NCBI GenBank assembly: GCA_016872385.1
Contig: VGZV01000005.1
Span: forward strand, 6,578-70,577
From: SAR202 cluster bacterium
Lineage (GTDB): Bacteria; Chloroflexota; Dehalococcoidia; Lucifugimonadales; UBA3495
Direction: 5' to 3'
Length of the DNA: 64,000 nt
Positions 29,066-39,437 of the stretch are shown here, one piece after another. Each line of letters opens with the position of its first letter. Position 1 is the first letter of the stretch. Under the pieces are notes generated by a model. That model was not told where the DNA came from and did no database searches. It saw only the letters and a list, made by a program, of their open reading frames with translations. Position numbers and translations under genes: made by a program.

Positions 29066-32000
29066 ATGGGGAGTTTATCCAAGACTGGACTATACCTGCT
29101 GGTTTTGTTGCTGATGGGAACGTTTTTGGCAACAACCAGCGATGCCGCCCTGGCGCTGTCGCCCAGCCAGGCCTTTACGGTGACTCCTCTTGCTCCCGAA
29201 TCTTTTTACCGCAATGAGCAGGTCAAACAGCCTCTGCGCCGCCCCGCAGACCAGCGCATAGGCGTGATAGTGCGGCTGCGGGAACGGGAGGACGTGGCAG
29301 CTTTTGAGCGTAACTCCGCCCGCGCCATTCCAGAAGCCCAGATTACCCACCAGTTTCACCGCGTCTTTCGCGGCGTTTCAATGGCCCTTCCCCAGTCCCG
29401 CCTCCGCCAGCTAGCCAGTATGCCCCAGGTGGCGGCGGTGTACCAGGACCGGCTGTTGCAGCCGGATACCGGGCGCAGCCCCGCTTTTATCGGCGCGCCG
29501 GACTTGTGGAACCAGGTTGGTGGACAGACCAGCGCGGGTGAAGGCGTGATAGTAGGTGTGTTGGATACGGGCATCTGGCCGGAACACCCCTCTTTCTCCG
29601 ACCCTGACCCTTCTGGAAAGGCATACGCAGCCCCGCCAATTACGCCGGGCACCAACGGTTTCAGCGCCGGGCCCCGCAGCACTTGCGATTTTGGCAATAC
29701 CGGCGCCAACGCCAACGATGCTCCCTTCACCTGCAACAACAAACTCATTGGCGCGTACAATTTCACCGACAGTTATAAGGCGGTCCACGGACTGCTGGCT
29801 ACGGAGTTCAACTCCGCCCGGGATGACAACGGCCACGGCACCCACACCGCCAGCACCGCAGCAGGCAATGGCGGCGTCGCAGCCACTTTGTTAGGCGTGG
29901 ACCGCGGGCAGGTCTCCGGCATTGCGCCCCGCGCCCATGTAATCATGTACCGGGTGTGCGGCGTAGAAGGCTGCATGCAGAGCGACTCGGTGGCCGCCGT
30001 TCAGCAGGCCATCCTGGATGGGGTGGACGTAATTAACTTCTCCATCAGCGGCGGCAGCTATCCGTACGCGGACCCGGTCTCCCTGGCCTTCCTGGACGCT
30101 TACAACGCCGGCATCTTCGTGGCGGCTTCCGCCGGGCAACTCAGGCCCCGGAGCGGACACTGTGGCCCACCGGGAACCCTGGGTGACCACCGTAGCCGCC
30201 AGCACTTCCGACCGCCAGTATGTCAGTGGCTTGACCCTGTCCGCAGATAACGGGGATACTCTGGCCCTGACCGGCGCTTCCCTCACCGCGGGCATCGGCG
30301 CCGCCACTGCAGTGGTAGATGCCGCAGCTTTTGGCAGCGCCCAGTGCCTGTCGCCCTTTGCTGCGGGCACTTTTAGCGGTCAGATTGTTATTTGCAAGCG
30401 GGGTGTCAACGCCCGGGTGGCAAAGAGCTTCAACGTGGCTGCCGGCGGCGCTTCGGGAATGATTCTCTACAACCCCACGTTGCAGGGGCTGGCCACGGAC
30501 AATCATTTCATTCCTACAGTTCACCTGGAAAATGTTGATGGCAGCTCGCTATTGGGCTTTATGTCCTCGCATACCGGCGTGACTGCCACTTTCACCCCGG
30601 GCACTGCTACGGTGACCCAGGGTGATGTAATGGCCGCCTTCAGTTCCCGGGGAGGTCCCGGCCAGACCCTGGGCATCAGTAAGCCCGACGTAACTGCTCC
30701 TGGCGTGCAAATTCTGGCGGGCCACACCTCCATGCCGGCCACCATTAACGGCGGGCCGCCTGGGGAACTTTTCCAGGCCATCCAGGGCACGTCCATGTCC
30801 AGCCCCCATGTGGCCGGTGCGGCGGCTCTGCTCAAGGACTTGCACCCTGGCTGGACCCCTGGGCAGATTAAGTCTGTCCTGATGGGATCTGCTGTGAACA
30901 CCGGGGTCACTAAAGAAGACGGAGTTACTCCCGCAGACCCCTTTGACGACGGTTCAGGCCGCATCAGCCTGACCGCCGCGGGAAAGTTGTCGCTGACCCT
31001 GGACGAAACCGGCGCCAACTACATTGCCCTGGAAGATGAACTGTTCAAGGCTAACTACCCCAGCCTGTACGTGCCGGTAATGCCAGGCCGCATGACGGTG
31101 CAGCGTACCGTGCATAACACCACCGGCTCCGATATCCATGTCATGGATATAAAAATTGAGACTCCTTCAGACCTGCGGGTTACCGTTGGTCCCAGGGGCT
31201 TGGTCATTCCGGCCAACGGCGATGCTGATCTGAGCATTACGGTGGACGCCCGCGATATACCTCTGGGTGAGGTTCGCCATGCCGCCGCGACGCTGGGTTT
31301 GGGCGGCCCTCGCTTCCGCTTCCCAATTGCTATCATCCGGCAGGCCCAGCCGGTGACTATGGACAAGACCTGCTCTCCCGGCACGGTGGCGGTGGGTGGC
31401 ACGGTCAGCTGCACCATCACCCTGACCAACAACAGTTTTGAAGCTGCCAGCATGGACGTTACCGACCAGTTGCCGCCCCAGTGGAGCATGGTGGCAGGCA
31501 GTCTTACTGGAGCCTCGCCCCGGGGCAACACCCTGGTGGCCAGTGAAATTCTGGATGCCGCAGAGCCGCCGGGGGTAACCGCCTCCAGCGGCAGCGCACC
31601 CTTTGGCTATGTGGCCCTCGCCCCCTTCGGTGTACCTGCGGTCTCTGGCGCGGGTGACGAGACCATTCACAACTTCAGCCTGCCTGCCTTTGTGTACCAC
31701 GGGAACACCTACACCACCATTGGCATGGTCAGCAACGGATATCTGATTCCTGGCGGCGGCACCGGTGGAGATGTCAGCTTCATCAACCAGTCCTTCCCGA
31801 ACTCAGCCCAGCCTAACAACGTGCTGGCCCCCTTCTGGACCGACCTCAACACATCTGCCGGGGGCGCGCAGCGGGCGGCAATCCTTACCAGCGGCACCAA
31901 TAAGTGGGTGGTGTTCGAGTGGTCGGCGGTGCGCAACTACAACGGGACAGGCACCAACTCCTTCCAGGTGTGGATTGGCCTGAATGGCGTGGAAGACATC

Positions 32001-32297
32001 AGTTATGTTTACGGCTCTGTCCTGACTGCGGGGAACCTGGGATTCCTCACCGTGGGGGCTGAGAACCAGTACGGCAACCGGGGCAGCAACTTCTACTACA
32101 ATGGCACCGGCACGCTGCCCGTGGCCGGGTTCAATGGCGTGGACGTTACTTCCACCCCGGCCCAGCCCGGCGGCAGCCACGTCATCAGCTTTAACGCTGA
32201 GGCCAAACAGGCCGGTCCCTGGAAGAACTGCACTATTCTCAACTCCAGCGCCTTCTTTGGCACGGAGATTGACTGTGCCAGCGGAGTAACTCAGTAG
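29066..32297 (+). pseudogene. Secreted S8 subtilase (I9 propeptide, PA domain, Fn3-like, DUF11-like, C-terminal beta domain) split by a +1 frameshift
   Basis: Catalytic motifs VLDTG, HGTHTASTAAG (ORF 29060-30250) and GTSMSSPHVAG (ORF 30162-32297). An extra G in GGG at 30134-30136 breaks SAGNSGPG; removing it gives one frame. Confidence 0.85.
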
Positions 32298-32375
32298 CGG
32301 CAAAATTGCGAGTTTCCGCCCGTCCTTCTACTAGATCAGGACGGGCGGAAACTCTTGCACGGGGCGCTGCTGCTT

Positions 32376-32876
32376 TCAGGGCACTGGTTTGCCCGGCGAC
32401 TGGCAGAAGAATGGCCCGCGGCCTGCGCCGGTGTGGTACTGGTAAACGCTTTGCCCTACGCCCAAGCGGATGCGCAGGCCGTCTTGCAGTACCTGGGTAT
32501 ATGCCATGCCCGGCTGCGGGCAGCCCAGGCTGCTGTCCGGCCAGACCACGGCAGCCAGTTCCAGGAGGGCAATCTGCTCCGGTTTTAGCCCCAGCCGGGC
32601 GGCCAAGTCGGCCTTGGCCTGGTCCACCAGCTTCTGCAAGGCCGGGTCGGTGGGGGTTGGTATGGGTGTCATGGACACAGGCGGCTCCTCCGGCGCAATG
32701 GGCTTTACGGATACCGGCGGTGTGGGAACAGGCGTGATTTTGCCGCCTGGGGTTGGGGAAGGCGGTGCTGTGATGGTATTTGGAGGGGTGGGAGTTGCAG
32801 AGGGCTGAGCGGGCCCGCAGGCCAGGACGGCCAGTGCCAGCGCTCCAACAAAAGCCCAGACCATTAATTTTTGCAC
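32376..32876 (-). CDS. Pro-rich lipoprotein with conserved C-terminal domain
   Basis: GTG start after GGAGG; lipobox LAVLAC; AKADLAARL...VWPDSSLGCPQPGMAYTQVL...YQYHT. Confidence 0.75.
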   Translation of the reverse strand: MQKLMVWAFVGALALAVLACGPAQPSATPTPPNTITAPPSPTPGGKITPVPTPPVSVKPIAPEEPPVSMTPIPTPTDPALQKLVDQAKADLAARLGLKPEQIALLELAAVVWPDSSLGCPQPGMAYTQVLQDGLRIRLGVGQSVYQYHTGAGRGPFFCQSPGKPVP

Positions 32877-33084
32877 TTTAATACCTCCGGCTGGGGGAAG
32901 CTCCCCAGCCATTTTGCTGTTCGCCAAGGCCGATTCATTCCCGATGACGGTAGGGGCAGAAACATAGGTCTGCCCCGTAGCAGCAGGCTGGACGCACACG
33001 CTGGTGCGCCCCTCCGGCTATGGTGAGAACGAATCAACCCGGTGCTGTTCCCCGTTCCTGTAGTTACTGGCATCGGCAATGCTG

Positions 33085-33090
33085 TATAAT
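33085..33090 (+). promoter_or_regulatory. Perfect -10 hexamer TATAAT
   Basis: Read directly, about 155 nt upstream of ATG 33244. Confidence 0.45.
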
Positions 33091-33096
33091 CAGCCA

Positions 33097-33199
33097 GTCC
33101 GTTCCCTGGGGTTACAGTGCTTCACAGTGTAACTGACGAATGGCGGAGGCTCCAGGTTCCCTCCCAGATTTAGCCAAAGCAAATGCCCTGGGGCGGGAC
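33097..33199 (+). ncRNA. Candidate structured leader/small RNA (three-way junction), family unknown
   Basis: 5' GTCCGTTCCCTGGG can pair with 3' CCCTGGGGCGGGAC; internal hairpins GTTACAGTG/CAGTGTAAC and GGAGG/CCTCC; starts just after TATAAT. Confidence 0.3.
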
Positions 33200-33243
33200 G
33201 CCCCACCACCTTTATCCTGCTGCATTCAGGTCAGAACGTAATT

Positions 33244-33726
33244 ATGGCAAATCCAAAGGCGCAAAATGCGGGCCAGCCGCTGTATCAAGCCAGGCACCGC
33301 ATTCCTATCAACATCACCCTGTTCTTGGCCCTGGCGGTAGTGGTGCTGGGAATATATGAGACCGCGCGCGGAGTCTCCGGCGGCGGCATGCTTATTGTGG
33401 TGGGTTTGGGCGTGGCTATGTACACCTGGCTCGCCAGCCCCCGGCAGTACCTGGTTTACCCCAATTCCCTGGTAATAGAATATGGCACGCCACGGCTGCG
33501 GGTAATCCCCTTTGAAGACATTTCCCATTTAGATATGCTGAGCTTGATTATCGGCGACCGGCTGCGGGTGCGGCTGGCCAGACCCCTGGCCTCACGGCTG
33601 CTGGACCGGAAGCGCATCATCCTGGAACTGCGCGACCCCCAGGCCTTTCATGACCAGCTCCTGGCGGCCCTAGAGGAGTACCGGCGCAACCACCCAGAAG
33701 CTGCTACCGGCGGACAGGCCCGGTAA
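33244..33726 (+). CDS. Membrane protein with two TM helices and PH-like cytoplasmic domain
   Basis: Two hydrophobic segments then YLVYPNSLVIEYG...IPFEDI. Confidence 0.7.
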   Translation: MANPKAQNAGQPLYQARHRIPINITLFLALAVVVLGIYETARGVSGGGMLIVVGLGVAMYTWLASPRQYLVYPNSLVIEYGTPRLRVIPFEDISHLDMLSLIIGDRLRVRLARPLASRLLDRKRIILELRDPQAFHDQLLAALEEYRRNHPEAATGGQAR

Positions 33727-33860
33727 CTTTTCCTCAGAGGGCGTCTAAAAAGGCTAGATGCTCGTGGTTCGACAGGCTCACCACGAGCGAGAGAAAACTG
33801 CTCACCCTTCGACAAGCTCAGGGTGAGCGGACAATGTCAGTGACAATTCCACGCCCCCGC

Positions 33861-34709
33861 TCAGACTTCCAGAAACTCCCGGATTTCTTGCAGCACCAGG
33901 TCAGGGTGTTCCAGGGGCACAAAGTGGCTGCCCACCGGTAATTGCTTCACTCTAGCCCCCGGAACCTGGGCCATGAATTTCTGGATGCCGGCGTCCTGAA
34001 GCGACTGTGCGCCAGGGTAATTGCCCAGCAACAGCAAAAACCGGCCCTGCAGTCCCTGGAAGTAAGCGCTTGGGTCCAGCAAGTCCCGGTTCTCGTAGAA
34101 AGTTGCCTCAACTTCCGGCGGGCATTTCAAGGCCACACGGCCGTCATCCAGCGGACGCGTGCCTCCCTCGATGAAGGCGCGGAAAACGTCATCCCGCCAG
34201 CTTTTGAACACCGGCCTGCTTCGGTAGGCTTCGTACATAGCCTCCCGGCTGTCCCAGATGGTCCGCTTCATGCGAGTGCGGGCGGCGCGCTTGCGAAGCT
34301 CATCCGCAGGCAAGGATGGGGGGCGGCCAGCTACCCGGGTCTCCAGAATTACCGCCTGCTGAATCCGGCCTGGCAGCAGGGAAGCGGCAATTAGGGCGGC
34401 AAATCCGCCTGCGGAATGGCCCACCACAATGGGGTGAGGCCAGCCGCACTCCTGTATAAGGTCGGCCAGGTCCTTTCCCAGTTGGGGGAACGTGTAGTCG
34501 CCTCCCACCGGGCCAGTATCGCCGTGGCCCCTCTGGTCAAAGGCCATAACGTGGAAATCCGGGGCCAGGCCCAGGGCAATAGGCTGCCACGCCTGGGCGC
34601 ACAGGCCGGTGGCGTGGAGCAGCAGCAACGGGGGCTTGCTTTCATTCCCCCAGTCCAGGTAATAGTGCCGGATGCCGCCTGCGGTGAAGGACTTATTCTG
34701 AGGTTGCAC
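33861..34709 (-). CDS. Alpha/beta hydrolase
   Basis: LLLHATG, DQRGHG, nucleophile elbow GHSAGG, GSHFVPLEHP. Confidence 0.92.
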   Translation of the reverse strand: MQPQNKSFTAGGIRHYYLDWGNESKPPLLLLHATGLCAQAWQPIALGLAPDFHVMAFDQRGHGDTGPVGGDYTFPQLGKDLADLIQECGWPHPIVVGHSAGGFAALIAASLLPGRIQQAVILETRVAGRPPSLPADELRKRAARTRMKRTIWDSREAMYEAYRSRPVFKSWRDDVFRAFIEGGTRPLDDGRVALKCPPEVEATFYENRDLLDPSAYFQGLQGRFLLLLGNYPGAQSLQDAGIQKFMAQVPGARVKQLPVGSHFVPLEHPDLVLQEIREFLEV

Positions 34710-34886
34710 AGTGGGCCTCCTGACCTAAGGCGTCCAAAAACTCCTCCCCTCAATATCGAAAGATGGGGGGTAATGGTTGGCCCGATTCTAGCAATGCCCC
34801 CCAGGGCCGTCAAACTATCGTTGACGCCCAAAGGCAGCCCCCGTATAATCAGATTCACTCCCCAAATTTGCCAGTGGCGGTACTCT

Positions 34887-35381
34887 ATGGCTCTGCGCGA
34901 CCGGCTGGAAACTGATATCCGCGATGCGATGCGCAGCCGCAACCAGCAGCGGTTGAGCGCTTTGCGCTTCCTCAAGAACTCCCTTCAGATGGCGGAGCTT
35001 ACCCAGCAAAAGGCCCTGTTTGACAAAGGGACGTTGAAGGAAGGCGCAACGTTTCAAATGGATGACGCCGGGTTTGTGGATGTGGTGACCAAGCAGGTCA
35101 AGGAACGGCGGGAGAGCATCCGCATGTTCCAGCAGGGCAACCGCGCCGACCTGGTGGCTAAAGAGTCGGCGGAACTGGCGGTGCTGGAGGAGTACCTGCC
35201 TGCCCAGATGGGCCAGGAAGAACTGCGCAGGCTGGTGCAGTCGGTCATTAAGGAAGTGGGCGCCACCTCCCTGCGGGAGAAGGGCAAGGTCATGGGCAAG
35301 CTGATGCCCCAGGTGCGCGGCAAGGCCGATGGCTCCCAGGTCAACGCCCTGGTGGAGGAGTTGCTGGGAGCGGGCGCTTAG
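34887..35381 (+). CDS. GatB/YqeY domain protein
   Basis: AMRSR...LRFL, KQVKERRESI..F.QGNRADL, ELAVLEEYLPAQM, MGKVMGKLMPQVRGKADG. Confidence 0.92.
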   Translation: MALRDRLETDIRDAMRSRNQQRLSALRFLKNSLQMAELTQQKALFDKGTLKEGATFQMDDAGFVDVVTKQVKERRESIRMFQQGNRADLVAKESAELAVLEEYLPAQMGQEELRRLVQSVIKEVGATSLREKGKVMGKLMPQVRGKADGSQVNALVEELLGAGA

Positions 35382-35391
35382 CCCTTAAACC

Positions 35392-36093
35392 ATGCACTTT
35401 GGCATTCTGGTTTTTCCCGGCACCTGGAGCGATACCGACTGCTACTACGTAGTCCACGACCTGTTGCACCAGGATGCGGACTATGTTTGGCATAAGCAGG
35501 ACAACCTGTCTGGCTACGACTGCATTATCCTGCCCGGCGGATTCTCCTATGGGGATTACCTGCGGGCCGGGTCCCTTGCCCGTTTCTCTCCGGTGATGAC
35601 GGCCCTGGGGCGGTTCGCCGCCCAGGGTGGTCTGGTTATTGGCATCTGCAACGGCTTCCAGATTCTCTGCGAGTCCGGCTTGCTGCCGGGCGTGCTCATG
35701 CGCAACCAGCACCTGGAGTACCGCTGCCAGTGGACCAGCCTGCGCACTGAGCGTACAGACACTCCTTTTACCCGTCTCTGTTCTCCCGGCCAGGTGCTGC
35801 AGGTGCCGGTGTCCCACGGCGAGGGCAACTACTATGCCGACGCCGCCACCCTGGCCCGCCTGGAAGAAGAGGGCCGGGTGTTGTTCCGCTACTGCGATGC
35901 TTCGGGGGCGGTAACGCCGGAAGCCAATCCCAACGGCTCCCTGAACAACATTGCCGGCATTGTGAACGAGGCGGGCAACGTGCTGGGCATGATGCCCCAC
36001 CCGGAGCGTAGCTGCGAGCCGCTGCTGGGCAGCAGCGACGGCAACCGAATCTTTCAGTCCATAATTGAAAGTTGCCGAGGCCGCCAGCGATAA
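35392..36093 (+). CDS. purQ: Phosphoribosylformylglycinamidine synthase glutaminase subunit PurQ
   Basis: [41 protein letters not shown]. Confidence 0.97.
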   Translation: MHFGILVFPGTWSDTDCYYVVHDLLHQDADYVWHKQDNLSGYDCIILPGGFSYGDYLRAGSLARFSPVMTALGRFAAQGGLVIGICNGFQILCESGLLPGVLMRNQHLEYRCQWTSLRTERTDTPFTRLCSPGQVLQVPVSHGEGNYYADAATLARLEEEGRVLFRYCDASGAVTPEANPNGSLNNIAGIVNEAGNVLGMMPHPERSCEPLLGSSDGNRIFQSIIESCRGRQR

Positions 36094-36290
36094 ATGGCGG
36101 CAAGACCTCTGGTAAGTCACCATGACCATCTCCAACCACTCGTGGTGAGCTTGTCGAACCGGGAGCGGGCACTTTTAACACGAGTTCTTAGGCCAAGTGG
36201 CTTGCTGGATTCCGGCTTTCACTGGAAAGACGAGAACCTAAATGACCCACTACTTGACGTTTCACAATGTTGACTGAGTACTAGCGGTAA

Positions 36291-37178
36291 ATGGTAGCCA
36301 TCGGCCTGGCCTTGCTGGCCTCCCTGGGTTTCGGCAGTTCCGCCATCTTTGCCCGGCTGGGGATGCGGCAAGTCAACCCCCTGGCCAGCACCCTTATCTC
36401 TGCCATTGGCAGCCTGTTGGTGGCGGTGCCCCTGACCATGCTGTCCTGGGGAGCGGTGTTGGCCCTTCCGGCAGCGGCATTTCTGGGTTTCCTGGCCCTG
36501 GGGGCGCTGAACTTCCTGGGAGGCCGCGGCCAGAACTACCTGTCCATTTACCTGGTGGGGGCGGCCCGGTCGGCCCCCTTTGTGGGGGCTTCCGCCCTGT
36601 TTGCCGCCATCTTTGCCATCAGTCTTACTGGAGAACGGCCCCACGGCCTGGTGCTGGTGGGAACCCTGGGGGTGGTGGCGGGACTGGCTGCAAGCACCGG
36701 CGACTCCTTCCGCCAGGGCTGGAGCAGTGATAAAAAGTCCCTGCTGGGCTACGCTTTTGCTCTGGGAGCGGCTGCCTGCTACGGTGCTTCCAGCGTGATG
36801 GCCAAACATCTCACCGGCACCTACGGATTGCCCTTTGTGGTGGCTGCCTTCAGCCTCATTTTTGGCGTGCTCTTGCTAGCGCCCCTGGGGGGATACTCAG
36901 CGGTGCAGAGCGTGCGCCGCGCCACCTCAAGAAACCTGGCTTTTACTGCCCTGTCCGGCGTAGTAGGCGCAGTTGGAGTGGTTTCCCTGTACCTGGCGGT
37001 GACGCGCGCCGATGTGGTCATCGTTTCGCCCATCTCCTCCACCAACCCCCTGGTGACGCTGTTGATGGCCCACCTGTTCTTGGAGCGGCGGCTGGAGCGG
37101 GTGACCCGCTGGGTGTTCCTGGGCACTTTGCTGGCGGTGCTGGGAGTGGTGTTGGTGGTGGTAGGCGCGGCGTTGTAG
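36291..37178 (+). CDS. EamA/DMT family transporter
   Basis: About 10 TM helices in two EamA-like repeats. Confidence 0.88.
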   Translation: MVAIGLALLASLGFGSSAIFARLGMRQVNPLASTLISAIGSLLVAVPLTMLSWGAVLALPAAAFLGFLALGALNFLGGRGQNYLSIYLVGAARSAPFVGASALFAAIFAISLTGERPHGLVLVGTLGVVAGLAASTGDSFRQGWSSDKKSLLGYAFALGAAACYGASSVMAKHLTGTYGLPFVVAAFSLIFGVLLLAPLGGYSAVQSVRRATSRNLAFTALSGVVGAVGVVSLYLAVTRADVVIVSPISSTNPLVTLLMAHLFLERRLERVTRWVFLGTLLAVLGVVLVVVGAAL

Positions 37179-37179
37179 G

Positions 37180-37500
37180 GGTCTGTTTGGAAAATGACTC
37201 CGATGCCTCCCGCTCATATCCTAGTCCGCTCATGGTTCGACAAGCTCACCACGAGCGGAGACAAGCTGATCTCCCTCAGCTTGTCGAACCATGAGCGGAC
37301 ACTATTGACACAGGCTGGCTCTGTTGAAAACAGCGGGGGTGCAGGGGCCGCAACCCCCGCCGTGGTCTGGGATGTCCCCAGAAATGCCCTTTTCTTCCCC
37401 CTTTTCCGCAAAGCGGGCCTTGTTCCAAATGTCATTCTGAGTCTCGATTGCATCGGGACGAAGCAATGACTCTGCCGTACACGCCCGCAGGGCAGGACAA
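37180..37500. repeat. REP-like palindrome cluster at the downstream boundary of the eCIS locus
   Basis: TTCGACAAGCTCACCACGAGCGG / CTTGTCGAACCATGAGCGG cores, GGGGGTGCAGGGG..CCCCC hairpin, GTCATTCTGAG..GCAATGAC core. Confidence 0.65.
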
Positions 37501-37524
37501 TGCCTGTCCAAAGTCATGATACCT

Positions 37525-39423
37525 CTATTTACCCCCGCAGACTCCCGCCGGGCCCAGGGGCGGCGGTCCCAGCACTACTGAAGCGGGTTCGCGCAAGAAC
37601 ACTTGCCAGTCATCGTCGCCCCGCACCTTGAACCTCACCACCGGCGGAGGCGCCAGTTCATCGGGGTTCATTAAATAGATTCTCCAGCCGGTGGCAGGGT
37701 CGGCGCTTGACCCATCACTACTGGCCTCAAACACCCGGGGGATGGAATTGGAGTCGTCAAACAACGCCGTCCCATTGGCATGCTGGCAAAAACGCACCAG
37801 AGGCTGCGCCCCCTGGTAGCTACTGGGCATATAGGTTATCCAGTTAATAAAATTCCAGAGGTCTCTCCCCACCAGACGGTCCCGGCAGGGAACTTTTTCG
37901 GCTCCTACTGGAAAGATAAAGAGCGTTTCTCTTTCCAGTTCCGACGTCTGCAACTCTTGAGTAGTCCAGCAGTGACCCTGGGGGTCACGCAAGACGACGA
38001 ATATGCTCTGCACCATAGCCGCGCCGTCTCCTTCCCGTTCCCAGGTGGCATCTATTAATAACTCTTGAATCGCCGCCGGGGGAGATATGACCTTCTGGGA
38101 GATATCCAGCGGCCGCGTAAAGATTATGCCGTGCTCCAGGCCCTCGCCTGCCTGACCAGTCAAAATCATCTCATCGTCCCAGTCAGTACGGCATGGATGC
38201 ACTTCTGAAACGGTGCTCAACGCTTGCTGCACCAGCATGTAGTCCGGGTTTTTTTCTGGCCGGTGGCCGGTGCTCACTGCGGCCTTCAAAAACAACCGCC
38301 CGTTTCTAGGAATTTCGTCTTTAAAGTCGTCATTTTCAATGTAGATAATCCACTCATCTTGGACGTCGGCAGTAGTTACTGCTATCCCCTCAAAATCAAA
38401 GGGAGCGTCTTCCCTGCCTTCCCGCTGAGTCTTGCAGTTGCCGTGAGGATGCTCCAGGGTGACCTGCACGCTGGGCGCGGCATTAAAAGTGTCATCCCAA
38501 ATCACGTTGCCCCGAATGGCTACGCTGCCCTCTGGGATCGGAGCTTTGGGCCCGCCGGAGCGGGAAACAAGCTGGAATGGGAAGGAATAGACCTTGCCAG
38601 GTTCAATCTTTTCCAGGGCCTGGATGTCTATCAGGTCCCACTTTTCCTGGCGGAAATAAGTCCAGTTTTCCCGGGCAAAAATGGCCCAGTAAGCCGTGTA
38701 TCCCAGAATAGCCATTACCACCAGCGCCAGCAGGGTAGCTGGGATATACCACCAGCGGATCCATGCTACGGCGTCCAGTTGAGCGCGCAGGGTCCGCACT
38801 TCCGGGGTCTTGTCTGGCGTAACGGTAATGGTCAGGTTGTAGGTCTTGGGCCGCCCGATAATGGGCCGCCGCCGGGGCCGCACACTAATGGCGACTTCGG
38901 CTTTAGACCGGGGCGGGGTTGTGGGGGCCGCGGGTTCAAAGGTGAAGCGGCAGTACCGCTCCGGGTCCTCTCCAGCCAGGCCAAAGGACAGGCCTGCATT
39001 GCCGCCATTGGCAAGGGTCAGGGTAAAAGCGCCGCGTCTGCCAGTGACCTTTTCCGGAGAAAGGCTGGCCTCATAGACCAGGGACGGCTCCACCTCCAGC
39101 ACGCCCGCTTCGGTGGTCACCTCCTGGGGAGACTTGGCGGAGGTAACCCGCACCGTAAATGGGTAAGGCTGGGCCACGGCCTCGTTGCGGGACGGCAGCC
39201 GGAAGGTGATGGTGCTGGCAGCCTCCTCTCCAGGGAACAGGGAGAGCGATGACCTGGACAGGCTGTACCAGGCGTTGTCCAGCCCCAGCACTTCAATGGA
39301 GAAGGCATCCACCAGGAAGCCAGCGTTCTGGACGGTTATCTGAGCCTGGACTTCCCTGCCCACGGGCAGCAAAACCCGGTCGGGGGTAAGGGTTACTCTA
39401 ATGACGTTGGACTTGAGCAGCAA
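37525..39423 (-). CDS. eCIS-associated single-pass membrane protein: two N-terminal Ig-like (COG1470-like) domains, TM helix, duplicated C-terminal beta domain
   Basis: No signal peptide; LSLFPG..., YPFTVRV, PRRRPIIG; TM WWYIPATLLALVVMAILGYTAYWAIF. C-terminal repeats VTLEHPHGNC/VVLRDPQGHC and WIIYIEN/WRIYLMN. Confidence 0.75.
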   Translation of the reverse strand: MLLKSNVIRVTLTPDRVLLPVGREVQAQITVQNAGFLVDAFSIEVLGLDNAWYSLSRSSLSLFPGEEAASTITFRLPSRNEAVAQPYPFTVRVTSAKSPQEVTTEAGVLEVEPSLVYEASLSPEKVTGRRGAFTLTLANGGNAGLSFGLAGEDPERYCRFTFEPAAPTTPPRSKAEVAISVRPRRRPIIGRPKTYNLTITVTPDKTPEVRTLRAQLDAVAWIRWWYIPATLLALVVMAILGYTAYWAIFARENWTYFRQEKWDLIDIQALEKIEPGKVYSFPFQLVSRSGGPKAPIPEGSVAIRGNVIWDDTFNAAPSVQVTLEHPHGNCKTQREGREDAPFDFEGIAVTTADVQDEWIIYIENDDFKDEIPRNGRLFLKAAVSTGHRPEKNPDYMLVQQALSTVSEVHPCRTDWDDEMILTGQAGEGLEHGIIFTRPLDISQKVISPPAAIQELLIDATWEREGDGAAMVQSIFVVLRDPQGHCWTTQELQTSELERETLFIFPVGAEKVPCRDRLVGRDLWNFINWITYMPSSYQGAQPLVRFCQHANGTALFDDSNSIPRVFEASSDGSSADPATGWRIYLMNPDELAPPPVVRFKVRGDDDWQVFLREPASVVLGPPPLGPAGVCGGK

Positions 39424-39437
39424 CGCTTGTGCTCCCG

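Noticed and set aside
33130-33185. Hammerhead ribozyme (CTGACGA motif)
   Set aside because: No GAAA after the next stem and no properly placed cleavage triplet; kept only as an unknown structured-RNA candidate.
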